Counted from the first letter of the stretch, positions 34,357 to 44,622 are shown. The stretch: DNA of 64,000 bases from an uncultured Nitrospinota bacterium (GCA_963707985.1 CAVPRW010000021.1:88671-152670), one strand, 5' to 3'. Notes: generated by a model not told the origin, from the letters alone. A program made the numbers and translations.

Positions 34357-35348
34357 GCGTCGGGGTCGGTGCCTGGTCTCCACAATCCCTTAGCCACGCC
34401 TTCACCTGGATGCGTGGCCGGCGCTATGTGAGCGCCCCGATGGCACGCTATACTTCATTGCGTGTGGGGGGCGCGGCAGACCTGTTGCTCATACCAGCTG
34501 ATGTCGACGAGGTGCGAGCAATTGTCGCCTGTGCCGACGCCCAAGGGGTGCCGGTAACCTGGTTGGGTAATGGCTCGAATTTGATCGTACGTGCGGGTGG
34601 AATTCGCGGTCTTGTGGTGTCGTTGCACGATGCTCTATGCGATGTGACCGCGTGGGCTCCATTCCGAGAGCCGGCGATGCAGCCTCCGGCGATGCAGCCT
34701 GGTGATCTCGTCTATGTACGCGTTGGTGCTGGGGTTCCCCTCACCCGTGTCCTACATCTCGTGATTCGCGACGGTCTTAAAGGGCTATCATTTGCTGTGG
34801 GTATCCCTGGAACCCTGGGGGGCGCTGTCGTGATGAATGCGGGAACTGAGCTAGGAGCCATCTGGGATGTTGTCGAGTGTGTGAGTCTCCTGTTGTCATC
34901 CGGGGAGATGGTCGACGTCCGACCAGGCGAGGTGCAGGTCGGCTATCGCTTCGCCACGTTACCTGAGCATAGCGTCGTGCTGGGGGCCACGCTGCGAGCA
35001 GAGCGCGCCAACCCCTTGGACGTTCGGCAGGAGGTGCGGCGATTGTATCGCTGCCGCCGAGAGCGGCAACCCCTATCCTACCCGAATGCGGGCTCGATCT
35101 TTAAGAATCCTCCCGGAGAACATGCTGGACATCTTATCGACCAATTGGGGCTGAAGGGTTATCGCATTGGAGATGCCCAGGTCTCTGTTAAACATGCGAA
35201 CTTTATCGTCAACTGCGGTCAGGCATCGGTCCTAGACGTCCTGGCGCTGATCGATTATGTGAAATGCCAAGTGCTGGAGCACACCGGCATACTCCTTGAG
35301 GAGGAGGTGCGCATTGTGGGGGAGTCAAAGGGTGATCCTACACGCTAG
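34353..35348 (+). CDS. murB: UDP-N-acetylenolpyruvoylglucosamine reductase
   Basis: TSLRVGG, GNGSNL, GIPGTLGGAVVMNAG, AGSIFKNP, KHANFIVN. Confidence 0.95.
   Translation: MSVGVGAWSPQSLSHAFTWMRGRRYVSAPMARYTSLRVGGAADLLLIPADVDEVRAIVACADAQGVPVTWLGNGSNLIVRAGGIRGLVVSLHDALCDVTAWAPFREPAMQPPAMQPGDLVYVRVGAGVPLTRVLHLVIRDGLKGLSFAVGIPGTLGGAVVMNAGTELGAIWDVVECVSLLLSSGEMVDVRPGEVQVGYRFATLPEHSVVLGATLRAERANPLDVRQEVRRLYRCRRERQPLSYPNAGSIFKNPPGEHAGHLIDQLGLKGYRIGDAQVSVKHANFIVNCGQASVLDVLALIDYVKCQVLEHTGILLEEEVRIVGESKGDPTR
34671..34700 (+). repeat. 15-bp perfect tandem duplication (CCGGCGATGCAGCCT x2) inside murB
   Basis: Read directly from the sequence; encodes PAMQP-PAMQP. Confidence 0.9.
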
Positions 35349-36153
35349 ACCCCGTATCCCCTGGCCCATGCGCCTGCTCAGCTGGCTGGCGCCGAGTCTA
35401 GGACTGGCGATGGTACTCGGGGGGGGGCTCTTCTGGTTCATTCGTGATCATGCCGCCTTCCATATTGTCGCAGTGCGTGTCTATGGCGCTGAGCGCGTGC
35501 CTCAAGCAGAGCTCATCCAACTGGCTCAGATCACCGCTGGAATGAGTCTATTACGCACCGACGTGGAGCGCATCCGTGCGCAGATCAAGCGACACCCATG
35601 GATTCGGGAGTCGTTGGTCCGGCGTGTCTACCCGAATGAGCTGGAGATTATCGTCTACGAAAGGCGTCCGACAGCGATTATCGAGAGCGGGAACGCATAC
35701 ATAATCGATGCTGAGGGGTATCTCCTGAGCCAATCTACCGCTGCGGAGGCGGCCAATCTTCCTCGCCTCATGGCCAGATTGTCGCACACGGCAGCGCTAG
35801 GGGAACGGTTGACGGACCCTGCCATTCAGGCGGGACTACGTCTGCTCTCCCAAGCCCATGACAGCCCATTCTTTCGCGATACGGTCATTTCTCACATCGA
35901 CATTATCAGCGCGGAACGCTTCCTGGTTCGGACACCACGGGGGAAACTGATCGTGGGACAGAGTCTCGTCGGGAGCGACCAAAAGCTGGAGCTTTTCCCC
36001 GCTCTTGACGAGGCCTTGCGGAGCCGAGCACGACGCGCCGAGTACGTCGATATTTCCATTGAGAATCAGATCATCGTGAAGACGACTGCGCGGACGACCC
36101 AAGGTGCCGGCCGACTACAGAGGAAGGGAGGGAACAGTGGGCAAGTACAATAA
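35332..36153 (+). CDS. ftsQ: Cell division protein FtsQ/DivIB
   Basis: TM followed by POTRA (HPWIRESLVRRVYPNELEIIVYER); lies before ftsA. Confidence 0.88.
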   Translation: MILHARPRIPWPMRLLSWLAPSLGLAMVLGGGLFWFIRDHAAFHIVAVRVYGAERVPQAELIQLAQITAGMSLLRTDVERIRAQIKRHPWIRESLVRRVYPNELEIIVYERRPTAIIESGNAYIIDAEGYLLSQSTAAEAANLPRLMARLSHTAALGERLTDPAIQAGLRLLSQAHDSPFFRDTVISHIDIISAERFLVRTPRGKLIVGQSLVGSDQKLELFPALDEALRSRARRAEYVDISIENQIIVKTTARTTQGAGRLQRKGGNSGQVQ

Positions 36154-37369
36154 ACAAGTGGTCGGGCTGGATCTCGGTTCAACCAAGGTTAGCGCTGTGG
36201 TGGGCGAGGTCACGCAAGACGGCGATCTGGAGATCATCGGCATCGGCAGCAGACCCGCGAAAGGTTTACGTAAGGGAGCCATCGTCGACATCAACAGCAC
36301 GGTCGAGGCCATTCTTAAAGTTGTTGAAGATGCGGAAATGATGGCCGGAACACGCTTCGACGCGGTGTACGTCGGAATCGGGGGCGGTCAAGTAGACGGC
36401 CTTACAACTGAGGTGTCTATGGAGTTAGCCGCAAAGGAGGTGACGCCAAGAGACTTGCAGCACGTAATTGAGATGGCCCAGTCTCAGATGCCAACGGATC
36501 AGCATGAGACCTTACACGTCTTGCCTATCCAATATCGGTTGGATGAAGAGGGTGGGATCGCCAATCCGATTGGAAAAACGGGAACGAAGCTCAGCATATC
36601 GGCACAGGTGATCACCGCGTCAAGGCCTGCCGTCGAGATGCTCAGAAAGGTGTTGGATCAGGCCAAACTTGGGGTTCAAGCGATCGTTGCGCAGCCGTTG
36701 GCTTCGGCCAGGGCGGTGCTTACAGCGGATGAGCGAGACATGGGGGTGGCGCTCCTTGATATCGGTGGTGGTACGACCGAGATTGCCGTGTACGGAGCGG
36801 GAACCATGAGGTACGTCTCCAGCATAGTGGTGGGGGGCAACCATGTCACGCATGACCTCGCCGTGGGCCTGCGTGCGCCCATCACGGAGGCCGAGCGCGT
36901 CAAAAGGCAGTATGGACGTGCCTTGCAGTCACTCGTCGACACTAATGAGATGATCGCGGTGCAGGGCTTGGGGGTGAAGGAGATCCAGCCGATTCCGCAC
37001 AAACTCATTGGGGAGATTATCGAGTGTCGTGTAGAGGAGATTTTTGCTCTTGCCTGGCAGCGTATCCAAGAACAGGGGTTGCATGGAAGTCTGCCCGCCG
37101 GAGTGGTGATCACCGGTGGAGCCTCGGTTATGCCAGGTATGACGCAGGCTGCCGAAGCGGTTTTCGAGATGCCTGTGCGTTTGGGGCTGCCCGCCCAGAT
37201 CAGCGGCCTGACCGACCTTGTCAACACGCCGATGTATGCCACCGGTGTCGGTCTCGCCCTCTTTGGCAGGGACCGATTGCTGGCAGGTGAGACATACTAT
37301 GCCGATTACCGTAGTCTCAGCGGGGCGTTCCACCGCATGACAGCATGGGTTCAGAAATTCTTCGTGTAG
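36137..37369 (+). CDS. ftsA: Cell division protein FtsA
   Basis: GLDLGSTKV, LDIGGGTT, GVVITGG, YATGVGL, amphipathic C-terminus. Confidence 0.96.
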   Translation: MGKYNKQVVGLDLGSTKVSAVVGEVTQDGDLEIIGIGSRPAKGLRKGAIVDINSTVEAILKVVEDAEMMAGTRFDAVYVGIGGGQVDGLTTEVSMELAAKEVTPRDLQHVIEMAQSQMPTDQHETLHVLPIQYRLDEEGGIANPIGKTGTKLSISAQVITASRPAVEMLRKVLDQAKLGVQAIVAQPLASARAVLTADERDMGVALLDIGGGTTEIAVYGAGTMRYVSSIVVGGNHVTHDLAVGLRAPITEAERVKRQYGRALQSLVDTNEMIAVQGLGVKEIQPIPHKLIGEIIECRVEEIFALAWQRIQEQGLHGSLPAGVVITGGASVMPGMTQAAEAVFEMPVRLGLPAQISGLTDLVNTPMYATGVGLALFGRDRLLAGETYYADYRSLSGAFHRMTAWVQKFFV

Positions 37370-37612
37370 GCAGCTTGGTGTCGACATCGAGGACTGCAAG
37401 ATTAGGGCGGGAAGAAGGGCGAAAGCAGACATGGCCACAACTCCAGTCTTATAGAACAGCTTGAGTAGAATCAATGCTGAAGAGTGCGCGAACTTCTGAT
37501 GATCATCTAGGTGGCCAAGGCAGTTTCGTGCATCTAATAAGCAGAAAGGGGCAGGGATCGTATCATGTGATTGAACTGCAATCATCCGAAGGCTGTCGAA
37601 GGGGGGAACTTT

Positions 37613-38791
37613 ATGTTCGAATTAAACGAAGAGGCAAATGCTCCTGCAAAAATTAAAGTGATCGGTATCGGTGGGGGGGGAACGAATGCGATTAATTCGA
37701 TGATTCAAGCCCATGTTGACGGGGTTGAGTTCATCGTCGCCAATACCGATCTGCAGGCGCTCAGCTCCAGCCTGGCACCGACCAAAATCCAGCTCGGGAG
37801 TCAGCTGACCAAGGGATTGGGGGCTGGAGCGAACCCCGAAATCGGGAAACGTGCGGCGTTAGAAGATCTCGATCGGATCTCAGGTATTCTGGATGGGGCA
37901 GATATGGTCTTTGTCACTGCCGGCATGGGGGGCGGGACAGGGACAGGGGCGGCCCCCGTGATAACAAATATAGCCAAGGACAAGGGCTGCCTGACAGTGG
38001 CAGTGGTGACTAAACCCTTCCTCTTTGAGGGTAAACGACGGCTCGTGCAGGCTGAGTCGGGCTTACGCGAACTCCGAAGCACATGCGACACCATCATCAC
38101 CATACCTAACCAACGGCTACTCAACGTCGTGGGCAAGCAGACTTCACTTCGTGATGCCTTCCGCATCTGCGACGATGTCCTACGCCAAGCGGTACAGGGC
38201 ATTTCCGACTTGATCACCATCCCCGGACTGATCAACCTAGATTTCGCTGATGTCCAAACCATCATGTCCGAAATGGGGATGGCGCTGCTTGGGACAGGTG
38301 TCGCTCGTGGAGAGAACCGGGCCGTCGAGGCTGCGCAAAAAGCCATCTCCAGTCCGTTATTAGAAGAATCGTCGATCGAAGGGGCACGAGGAGTGCTGAT
38401 CAACATTACTGGAGGGCCTGACTTGACCTTATTTGAAGTCAATGAGGCCTCTTCAATCATCAAGGAAGTGGCGCATGAGGACGCGCAGATAATTTTCGGG
38501 TCGGTGATCGATGATAACATGCAAGGGGAGATTCGGGTGACCGTGATCGCCACTGGTTTTGGCTATCCCAAGGAGGCCACTGCAACGATCCCGCTGGTTC
38601 TGCCCACGAAGAAAGCCAAACTGGCACAGCCGCAACCCGACCCACAACCAGTAAGTAATGGTGCAACCAGCCCGGTAATCCGCCGAACGAGCCCGAATGA
38701 GCGCTTCCGGGAACGGGTCAACGCGCCGGTGTCTGATGATAAGAGCTTGGAGATTCCGACTTTCCTGCGCAAGCGCTCGCAGGCCTCCTAA
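37613..38791 (+). CDS. ftsZ: Cell division GTPase FtsZ
   Basis: [19 protein letters not shown] tubulin signature, NLDFAD, C-terminal LEIPTFLRK. Confidence 0.98.
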   Translation: MFELNEEANAPAKIKVIGIGGGGTNAINSMIQAHVDGVEFIVANTDLQALSSSLAPTKIQLGSQLTKGLGAGANPEIGKRAALEDLDRISGILDGADMVFVTAGMGGGTGTGAAPVITNIAKDKGCLTVAVVTKPFLFEGKRRLVQAESGLRELRSTCDTIITIPNQRLLNVVGKQTSLRDAFRICDDVLRQAVQGISDLITIPGLINLDFADVQTIMSEMGMALLGTGVARGENRAVEAAQKAISSPLLEESSIEGARGVLINITGGPDLTLFEVNEASSIIKEVAHEDAQIIFGSVIDDNMQGEIRVTVIATGFGYPKEATATIPLVLPTKKAKLAQPQPDPQPVSNGATSPVIRRTSPNERFRERVNAPVSDDKSLEIPTFLRKRSQAS

Positions 38792-38836
38792 GCAGCGAGG
38801 CCAAACCAGAGTTAAGCCAGGGGGGGATCTCTGCGA

Positions 38837-38864
38837 CGGAGGGAACTCGGTTAGGTTCCCTCCG
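38837..38864 (+). terminator. GC-rich hairpin after ftsZ (possible terminator or stabiliser)
   Basis: CGGAGGGAAC-N8-GTTCCCTCCG 10-bp stem with a looser outer stem, followed by ATTTT. Confidence 0.5.
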
Positions 38865-39037
38865 CGCCGACCCTCCTATTTCCATCCTCATTGAGCTGTT
38901 GCCATTAGGCACTAAATCGATCCCCGAGAGGATGGCGCCGCAGGCACAATGAGAGTGCTGGCGATCCACCATAGGATGGCGGTATGCGATAGTTGCTAAT
39001 GTCATTCACGGCGTGAGCGTGAGGCGTACTGACCAGC

Positions 39038-39865
39038 ATGACTGTTTTTGCCCTCGCCATCAAGGATGAAATGTTCTCTCTTACCTGTGGGCCCATGTGT
39101 CGGCCTGGAGTCATCTTGCATGCCTTCAGCACACGCCTTGGGGGGGGTAGTGAGCCGCCCTATGCCTCGCTTAATATGGGGTTCGAAACCGGTGACAGCC
39201 ACGCATGCGTGCTCCGAAACCGGGCGCGATTTGGCCAAGCAATTGGCTTTGATCCCGACGAGCTCCTGACACTCCGTCAAGTGCATGGCAATCGGGTTGT
39301 TGTCTTGACTACGGCGAGTGACCTATCGCTCGCGCGAGGGACGCCAGGCGATGCCTTGATCACCAATCGCTCCGACCTCCCCCTGGCCGTCATCACTGCG
39401 GATTGTTTCCCCATTATCCTAACTGCCCCGAGAATACCGGCTGTGGGTATTTTGCATGCTGGACGAAACGGAACGGCTACTCGACTTGTACCCACGGCAA
39501 TCGCCCTCATGTGTCGGGAGTTTGGGGTGTCCGCGAAGGACGTGTTTGCTGCCATCGGACCAGGGATCGGTGGATGCTGTTACGAAGTCGATGATGTCAG
39601 TGCGGAACCTTTGATAACCCAGTTTCCCGCGGACGGCGGGGTCTATCGTCCCAGCCGTCAGGGTCACCTATATCTCAATCTCCAACAGGCGATTCTGCTG
39701 CAACTCTGGACCGCTGGTGTTCCCTCCAGGCAAGTATGGTCGGCCGACCTTTGCACGGCCTGCCATCCGGAATGGTTTTATTCCTACCGTCGGGATGGAC
39801 CCCGGTCGGGACGCATGTTAAACGTCGTCATGATCCAGGCCAACACGCTCTCCGCCTTCCACTAA
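39038..39865 (+). CDS. pgeF: PgeF/YfiH (laccase-domain) peptidoglycan editing factor
   Basis: STRLGG, QVHG, TADCFP, HAG, GPGIGGCCYEV, FYSYRR. Confidence 0.92.
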   Translation: MTVFALAIKDEMFSLTCGPMCRPGVILHAFSTRLGGGSEPPYASLNMGFETGDSHACVLRNRARFGQAIGFDPDELLTLRQVHGNRVVVLTTASDLSLARGTPGDALITNRSDLPLAVITADCFPIILTAPRIPAVGILHAGRNGTATRLVPTAIALMCREFGVSAKDVFAAIGPGIGGCCYEVDDVSAEPLITQFPADGGVYRPSRQGHLYLNLQQAILLQLWTAGVPSRQVWSADLCTACHPEWFYSYRRDGPRSGRMLNVVMIQANTLSAFH

Positions 39866-40022
39866 ATCCTCGGCGTTGCCCCTCGCGAAGAGCCTGGTAG
39901 CATCCTAGCATGGGGGCACTGCTTGCATAATCTCGTCGACCCCAGTACGATCGGCAGGCCGACTCGGTGGATAGAGACCGCATGCAGCACGATGGAAATG
40001 TTGGGACAGAGGAGGTGAAGAG

Positions 40023-40763
40023 ATGTATCAGAACTTCTTGGTAGAAAGAGATGATAAAATTGTAGTAATTACCATGAATCGGCCGGAAAAACGCAACCCA
40101 ATCAACGAAGAAATGCTAGGCGAGCTCGAGCAGATTACCTTGTCATTGCGTGACGACAGCACCTCCCGTGCTGTCATCCTGACGGGAACCGGCAACAGTT
40201 TTTGCGCCGGTGCCGACCTAAGCATGGTAAAGGGCATTTCCGATCCCACCGAACGTCAGCGGCTATTCGCTCTGGCACGCAACCGCCGGGCCCGGCTCAT
40301 AGCCCGCACTTTCCCACTATTCGAGAACCTGGAACAGGTCAGCATCGCCGCCATCAACGGATACGCCATCGGCGGTGGATGGGGGTTAGCGCTCGCGTGT
40401 GATTTTCGCCTGGCAGTTCCTGGAGCGCAGTTCTGGCTGCCAGAGGTCGATCTCGGGGTGCCGTTGGGCATTGGCACGACTAGTCGTTTGGTGAGTATGG
40501 TAGGGGTCGCTCGGGCCAAAGAGATCATCATCACCGGCGACCGATACACCTCCGAGGACTTGCACGGGTGGGGCGTGATCACTTGCCTTGTAGCTCCGGA
40601 ATCGCTCATCAAGGCGACCCTTGACCTTGCTAAACGGCTCATCGCCAAGAATTCCCGTGCCGTGACTGGAACGAAGCTAAGCATCAATGCCATCGCTGCG
40701 GTGGTTGCACGCGAGCTCACCACCATACAACCCGAATTGTTCATCCACACGGAAGAAACTTGA
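40023..40763 (+). CDS. Enoyl-CoA hydratase/isomerase family protein
   Basis: MNRPEKRN, FCAGADL, AAINGYAIGGG, LPEVDLG. Confidence 0.9.
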   Translation: MYQNFLVERDDKIVVITMNRPEKRNPINEEMLGELEQITLSLRDDSTSRAVILTGTGNSFCAGADLSMVKGISDPTERQRLFALARNRRARLIARTFPLFENLEQVSIAAINGYAIGGGWGLALACDFRLAVPGAQFWLPEVDLGVPLGIGTTSRLVSMVGVARAKEIIITGDRYTSEDLHGWGVITCLVAPESLIKATLDLAKRLIAKNSRAVTGTKLSINAIAAVVARELTTIQPELFIHTEET

Positions 40764-40931
40764 ACCATCATCGCTGGTCGCAGCGGACGAGTCGGCGATT
40801 CGCTCCGCAGATACTTTTCGACTCGAAAGCGCCAGGGAGATTCTTCAGCCGCCGTCAATCTTATCCCGCCGCTACCCTGCAGTCATGATGGTGAGAAACG
40901 GAGAAACGGGGTGGCCGCTGGGGTGTTGACC

Positions 40932-41513
40932 CTAATCAAAGTTGAGGTCGGAAGAAATGATCATTTTTGCTCCCGCCAGGCGCAATTCCTCAATGGCACG
41001 CTGGCAATCTCCCGGTTGCACTTCAACGCCGCGAATCGCATCTTCGAGAACCAAGACCTCAAAGCCTTCGTGAAGGGCGTCCTGAGCTGTGGCGCGGATG
41101 CAGTAGTCAGTCGCGATCCCGCAGACCACGACGCGCTGTATTCCTCTATCTCGAAGGATCGTCGCCAGGTCTGTACCCTGGAAACCCGAATAGGCATCCT
41201 GATCGGGGTTCGACCCCTTAGTGATGACGAGCTCCACCTTGCTGGCATTTAACTCGTGGTGCAACGCCGCGCCTGTCGTTTGCTGCACGCAATGAGGAGG
41301 CCAAGGGCCTCCATTCGGCGCGAAGGAGCAGTGCTCGGCTGGATGCCAATCCATAGTCGCCACCGACAGCCACCGATGCTCTAGGAGCCAGTTAACGACT
41401 GGCACTACCTCATCTCCACGCGGGACGGCAAGGGCGCCACCGGGACAAAAGTCATTTTGCACATCGACGATGATCAACGCATCTGTTTTAGGGTTGACCG
41501 AAATCCTGCGCAT
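40932..41513 (-). CDS. pncA: Nicotinamidase/pyrazinamidase
   Basis: VDVQNDFCPGGAL, DWHP, WPPHCVQ, YSGF, GIATDYC. ATG 41513 follows GGAGGAGG. Confidence 0.92.
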   Translation of the reverse strand: MRRISVNPKTDALIIVDVQNDFCPGGALAVPRGDEVVPVVNWLLEHRWLSVATMDWHPAEHCSFAPNGGPWPPHCVQQTTGAALHHELNASKVELVITKGSNPDQDAYSGFQGTDLATILRDRGIQRVVVCGIATDYCIRATAQDALHEGFEVLVLEDAIRGVEVQPGDCQRAIEELRLAGAKMIISSDLNFD

Positions 41514-42032
41514 TATCTGCCCTCCTCCCTCGCAAGCTGAGAACTGCCATGTGCGGTACAGATAGCCTACTATCGCCCATCTGTCAAGCAGGGTATGACG
41601 CAAGATCGCTACCCCAGGTTTGATACCTTTATATCACCATTCGCTGGAGCCTGACGTACGTACGTAGAAGTCCAAGGTGGTTGGAGGTAGAGTTGCGTCA
41701 GGGCAGTTACGACCCTGCGTAGACAGAGGCAACAGGGATTGACCGTTCACCATGGAACACTGATGACATCCTGAGTGTCAATAGAGATGCGGGCGAACGG
41801 CGTCATTCATGTGTCGTATATCCGGGCCTGTTAGGGTCCACTGGATCAGGCCCAAGAGGGGACAGAGGCGTTGAGAGTCGCACAGCTGAGAGGGTTGCGC
41901 CTTGCTAAGGCTCTATCAACTGCCCTCTATTTTCATTGTTCATGACAAAAATAGCTGTAGCTTCGGACGTCGTCGCATGTTAAGATTGAAGCAGCATATC
42001 CCGGAACGAGGTCTCTCCAGAGGGGAAGGGCA

Positions 42033-42269
42033 ATGATGAAGGACTTGGTGACGACGATTGTGAAGGCTATTGTCGACTATCCGAATGCAGTGGAGGTGAA
42101 GGAGGTGGATGGAGAGCGGACGACCGTGGTTGAGCTGCGAGTGGCCAAGGAAGATGTGGGGAAGGTAATCGGCAAGCAGGGGCGGATTGCGGAGGCCATC
42201 CGTGTCATTCTCGGAGCGTCTGGCGCCAAGATCAAGCGCAAAATCGAGCTCGAAATTCTGGAGTGGTAA
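42033..42269 (+). CDS. khpA: KH-domain RNA-binding protein (KhpA/UPF0109-like)
   Basis: MKDLV..IVKAIVD.P, DVGKVIGKQGR GxxG loop, 78 aa. Confidence 0.88.
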   Translation: MMKDLVTTIVKAIVDYPNAVEVKEVDGERTTVVELRVAKEDVGKVIGKQGRIAEAIRVILGASGAKIKRKIELEILEW

Positions 42270-42342
42270 GGCACCTTCCGTAGTGTCATTCGGTTAAGCG
42301 GTGCAGAGTGCCAGGACGCTCCGAGCACGTGAAGGGAAGGCG

Positions 42343-42534
42343 GTGCCAATTTTCGAGTATGAGTGCCCAGGGTGTGGACATATTTTTGAAAAGCTACCGC
42401 TAACCTGGATCGGGAGCGAGGTCTCGCCATGCCCAGGATGTTCGGTCGCCCTAACGCGTCAATTGGTGTCTCGTTTCAGCTCTCCCTCATCTGAGATGGG
42501 CAGTTTCGCCAGTGCCCCCTCAGCTCCTTTCTGA
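42343..42534 (+). CDS. FmdB-family zinc-ribbon protein (possibly extended to 42549 through UGA)
   Basis: (M)PIFEYECPGCGHIFE...CPGC...LVSRF. GTG start after GGAAGG. Confidence 0.8.
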   Translation: MPIFEYECPGCGHIFEKLPLTWIGSEVSPCPGCSVALTRQLVSRFSSPSSEMGSFASAPSAPF

Positions 42535-42748
42535 GGTCGGCCCTCATAGGCTCGTCGGTGACGAACCGTAACCCGGCACGCTTCAGGGGTCTTGTCCGAG
42601 CGGACAGGATATCCCTGAAGCGAAGATGTCTCCCCATTCATACTCCCCTCTATCGGAGATACCCTCTTCCAGACTAACCAAGACTCACTCCTCGTGGTAT
42701 GGAAGGCCATTGCGGGTCCGGTGACATCTTCCTGCACGGATGCCCTAC

Positions 42749-43255
42749 TCATGCCTGGTATCCCTCCGCCTCTAAGAACAGAGGAGCTAACTGATCATAG
42801 GTTCGCAATAGATGTTGTGGAATGACTTTGGTTTCAGCTACTACTGGCATGAAATTATGATCCCCGTCCCAGCGCGGTACCACATGATAGTGGATATGCC
42901 CTGGGATGCCGGCCCCAGCCGTACGGCCGAGGTTGATCCCGATGTTATAGCCATCAGGGTTCATTCCCCGCCGCAGATAACCAACCGCCCGACGCAACTC
43001 GAGCATGAGATCAGTCAGTTCATCTGGCATGAGATCGTTAAGTTCGGCCGTATGGGTGTATGGGACTACCATCAGATGGCCCGGGTTGTACGGAAACTTG
43101 TTGAGAATGACGAAGACTCGGCGACCGCGCCGCAGAATGAGGTTGTCACGATCCGCATGGGCACGCGGGAGCGCGCAAAAAATACACACATCCGCAGTGC
43201 GGTCCTCGGCATCCAAGATATACTCCATACGCCAGGGGGCCCAGAGATGCTGCAT
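42749..43255 (-). CDS. HIT-family nucleotide hydrolase (Ap4A hydrolase/phosphorylase-like)
   Basis: LWAPWRMEYI, CIFC, NKFPYNPGHLM, HIHYHVVPRW. Confidence 0.92.
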   Translation of the reverse strand: MQHLWAPWRMEYILDAEDRTADVCIFCALPRAHADRDNLILRRGRRVFVILNKFPYNPGHLMVVPYTHTAELNDLMPDELTDLMLELRRAVGYLRRGMNPDGYNIGINLGRTAGAGIPGHIHYHVVPRWDGDHNFMPVVAETKVIPQHLLRTYDQLAPLFLEAEGYQA

Positions 43256-43378
43256 AGCAACGCTCCATGTCTACGCGTCAGGAACTCGAGTGTCAGCGAT
43301 TAGGGAGAAAATCCTCGTCAGCGGTCGTAGCGAGAAGATAGGAGCACCGATTTCCTTGAGAGAAGGATAGCAGCCGGT

Positions 43379-44308
43379 TTACATCAGACACAAGAACTCG
43401 AACAGGAGGTTAGCTGCTAGTAAGGACGTGATCTCGGCGCTATCATAGGGGGGTGAAACTTCGACGAGATCGGCCCCGACGAAGTGGAGGCCTTGTAAGC
43501 CACGGATGAGAGCGACAATTTCCCGACTAGTGGGCCCTCCGACTTGTGGAGTGCCGGTCCCCGGCGCGAAGGCTGGGTCGACGACGTCGATGTCAAAGGT
43601 TAAATAACAAGGGGTTTCCTGGAATCGCCGAAAGCGCTCGATCACCCACGGCACTCCATGCTCGAAGATTTCCTCAGTGGAGATCCATTCGATACCCTTA
43701 CTGCGAGCAAAGTCAAAGTCTTCCTCACCGTACACCTGACCACGTAACCCCACTTGCAGCATGCGCGTGGGATCGATCAAGCCCTCCTCAATGGCGCGGC
43801 GGAAAGGAGTCCCATGCGAGTACTTCGAGCCAAAATACTCGTCCCAGGTGTCAGAGTGTGAGTCAAAATGGATGACGCTGAGGGCCGGATGATGCTTCGC
43901 CATAGCGCGTAAAATCGGCAGAGCGATCGAATGGTCCCCGCCGACACAGACCGGCCGCACCCCGTGGGTGAGCAACTCCTCAATTGCGACCTCGACGCGC
44001 CTAAAGGTATCTTCGATCGATAATGGATTGACGGGAATATCTCCGTAGTCGGCAATGCTATGACGCTCGAAGGGGTTGATTCTCAAGTTCGGGTGATAGG
44101 GTCGAATCAGGGCCGATTGCACCCTAATATGGCGAGGTCCCAGGCGGGCGCCGGACCGATAGGTCGTCCCCCCGTCAAACGGCACCCCCACGAGAGCGAT
44201 GTCCAACTGTTGAGGATCCGGGATGTGTGGCAAACGCATAAAGGTTGGAATTGCCGCGAACCGCGGCTGCACCAGCGCATCTAGCGGCTGAAATCGCGTT
44301 CGTTCCAT
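43379..44308 (-). CDS. speB: Agmatinase / ureohydrolase
   Basis: GVPFD, GGDHS, DSHSD, DIDVVDP..APGTGTP, EVSPPYD. The start could also be 44338. Confidence 0.9.
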   Translation of the reverse strand: MERTRFQPLDALVQPRFAAIPTFMRLPHIPDPQQLDIALVGVPFDGGTTYRSGARLGPRHIRVQSALIRPYHPNLRINPFERHSIADYGDIPVNPLSIEDTFRRVEVAIEELLTHGVRPVCVGGDHSIALPILRAMAKHHPALSVIHFDSHSDTWDEYFGSKYSHGTPFRRAIEEGLIDPTRMLQVGLRGQVYGEEDFDFARSKGIEWISTEEIFEHGVPWVIERFRRFQETPCYLTFDIDVVDPAFAPGTGTPQVGGPTSREIVALIRGLQGLHFVGADLVEVSPPYDSAEITSLLAANLLFEFLCLM

Positions 44309-44397
44309 ACCTCGTTGCTCCTCTGCTGTCTCATTCATACGGGCTGACCCCATGCCCAAGTAGGGCTACAGCGTTATTATAGTGGAACATCCGGGGT

Positions 44398-44426
44398 TTG
44401 ACAAACTTGAAATGGCGTGTTAGAGT
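44398..44426 (+). promoter_or_regulatory. Sigma70-type promoter
   Basis: TTGACA, 17 bp spacer, TAGAGT with an extended TG; divergent from speB. Confidence 0.65.
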
Positions 44427-44622
44427 TTTTTCCCCTAGACGAAGAAGATCGCTATAAGAGAGCCTCCTGCCGCCCAGTCTTGGGCCTCACTGTTGGCGTG
44501 GTAGCACACGAGATTACGAAATGCAGCATATCGGCCGTTCTTCTGAAGGGTGAGCGATCGCCCGCCCCATCCAGCCCGGGTCAGGGCTGGCGTTGGAAAG
44601 GAGGCTAGGAGAATTAGGAAGG

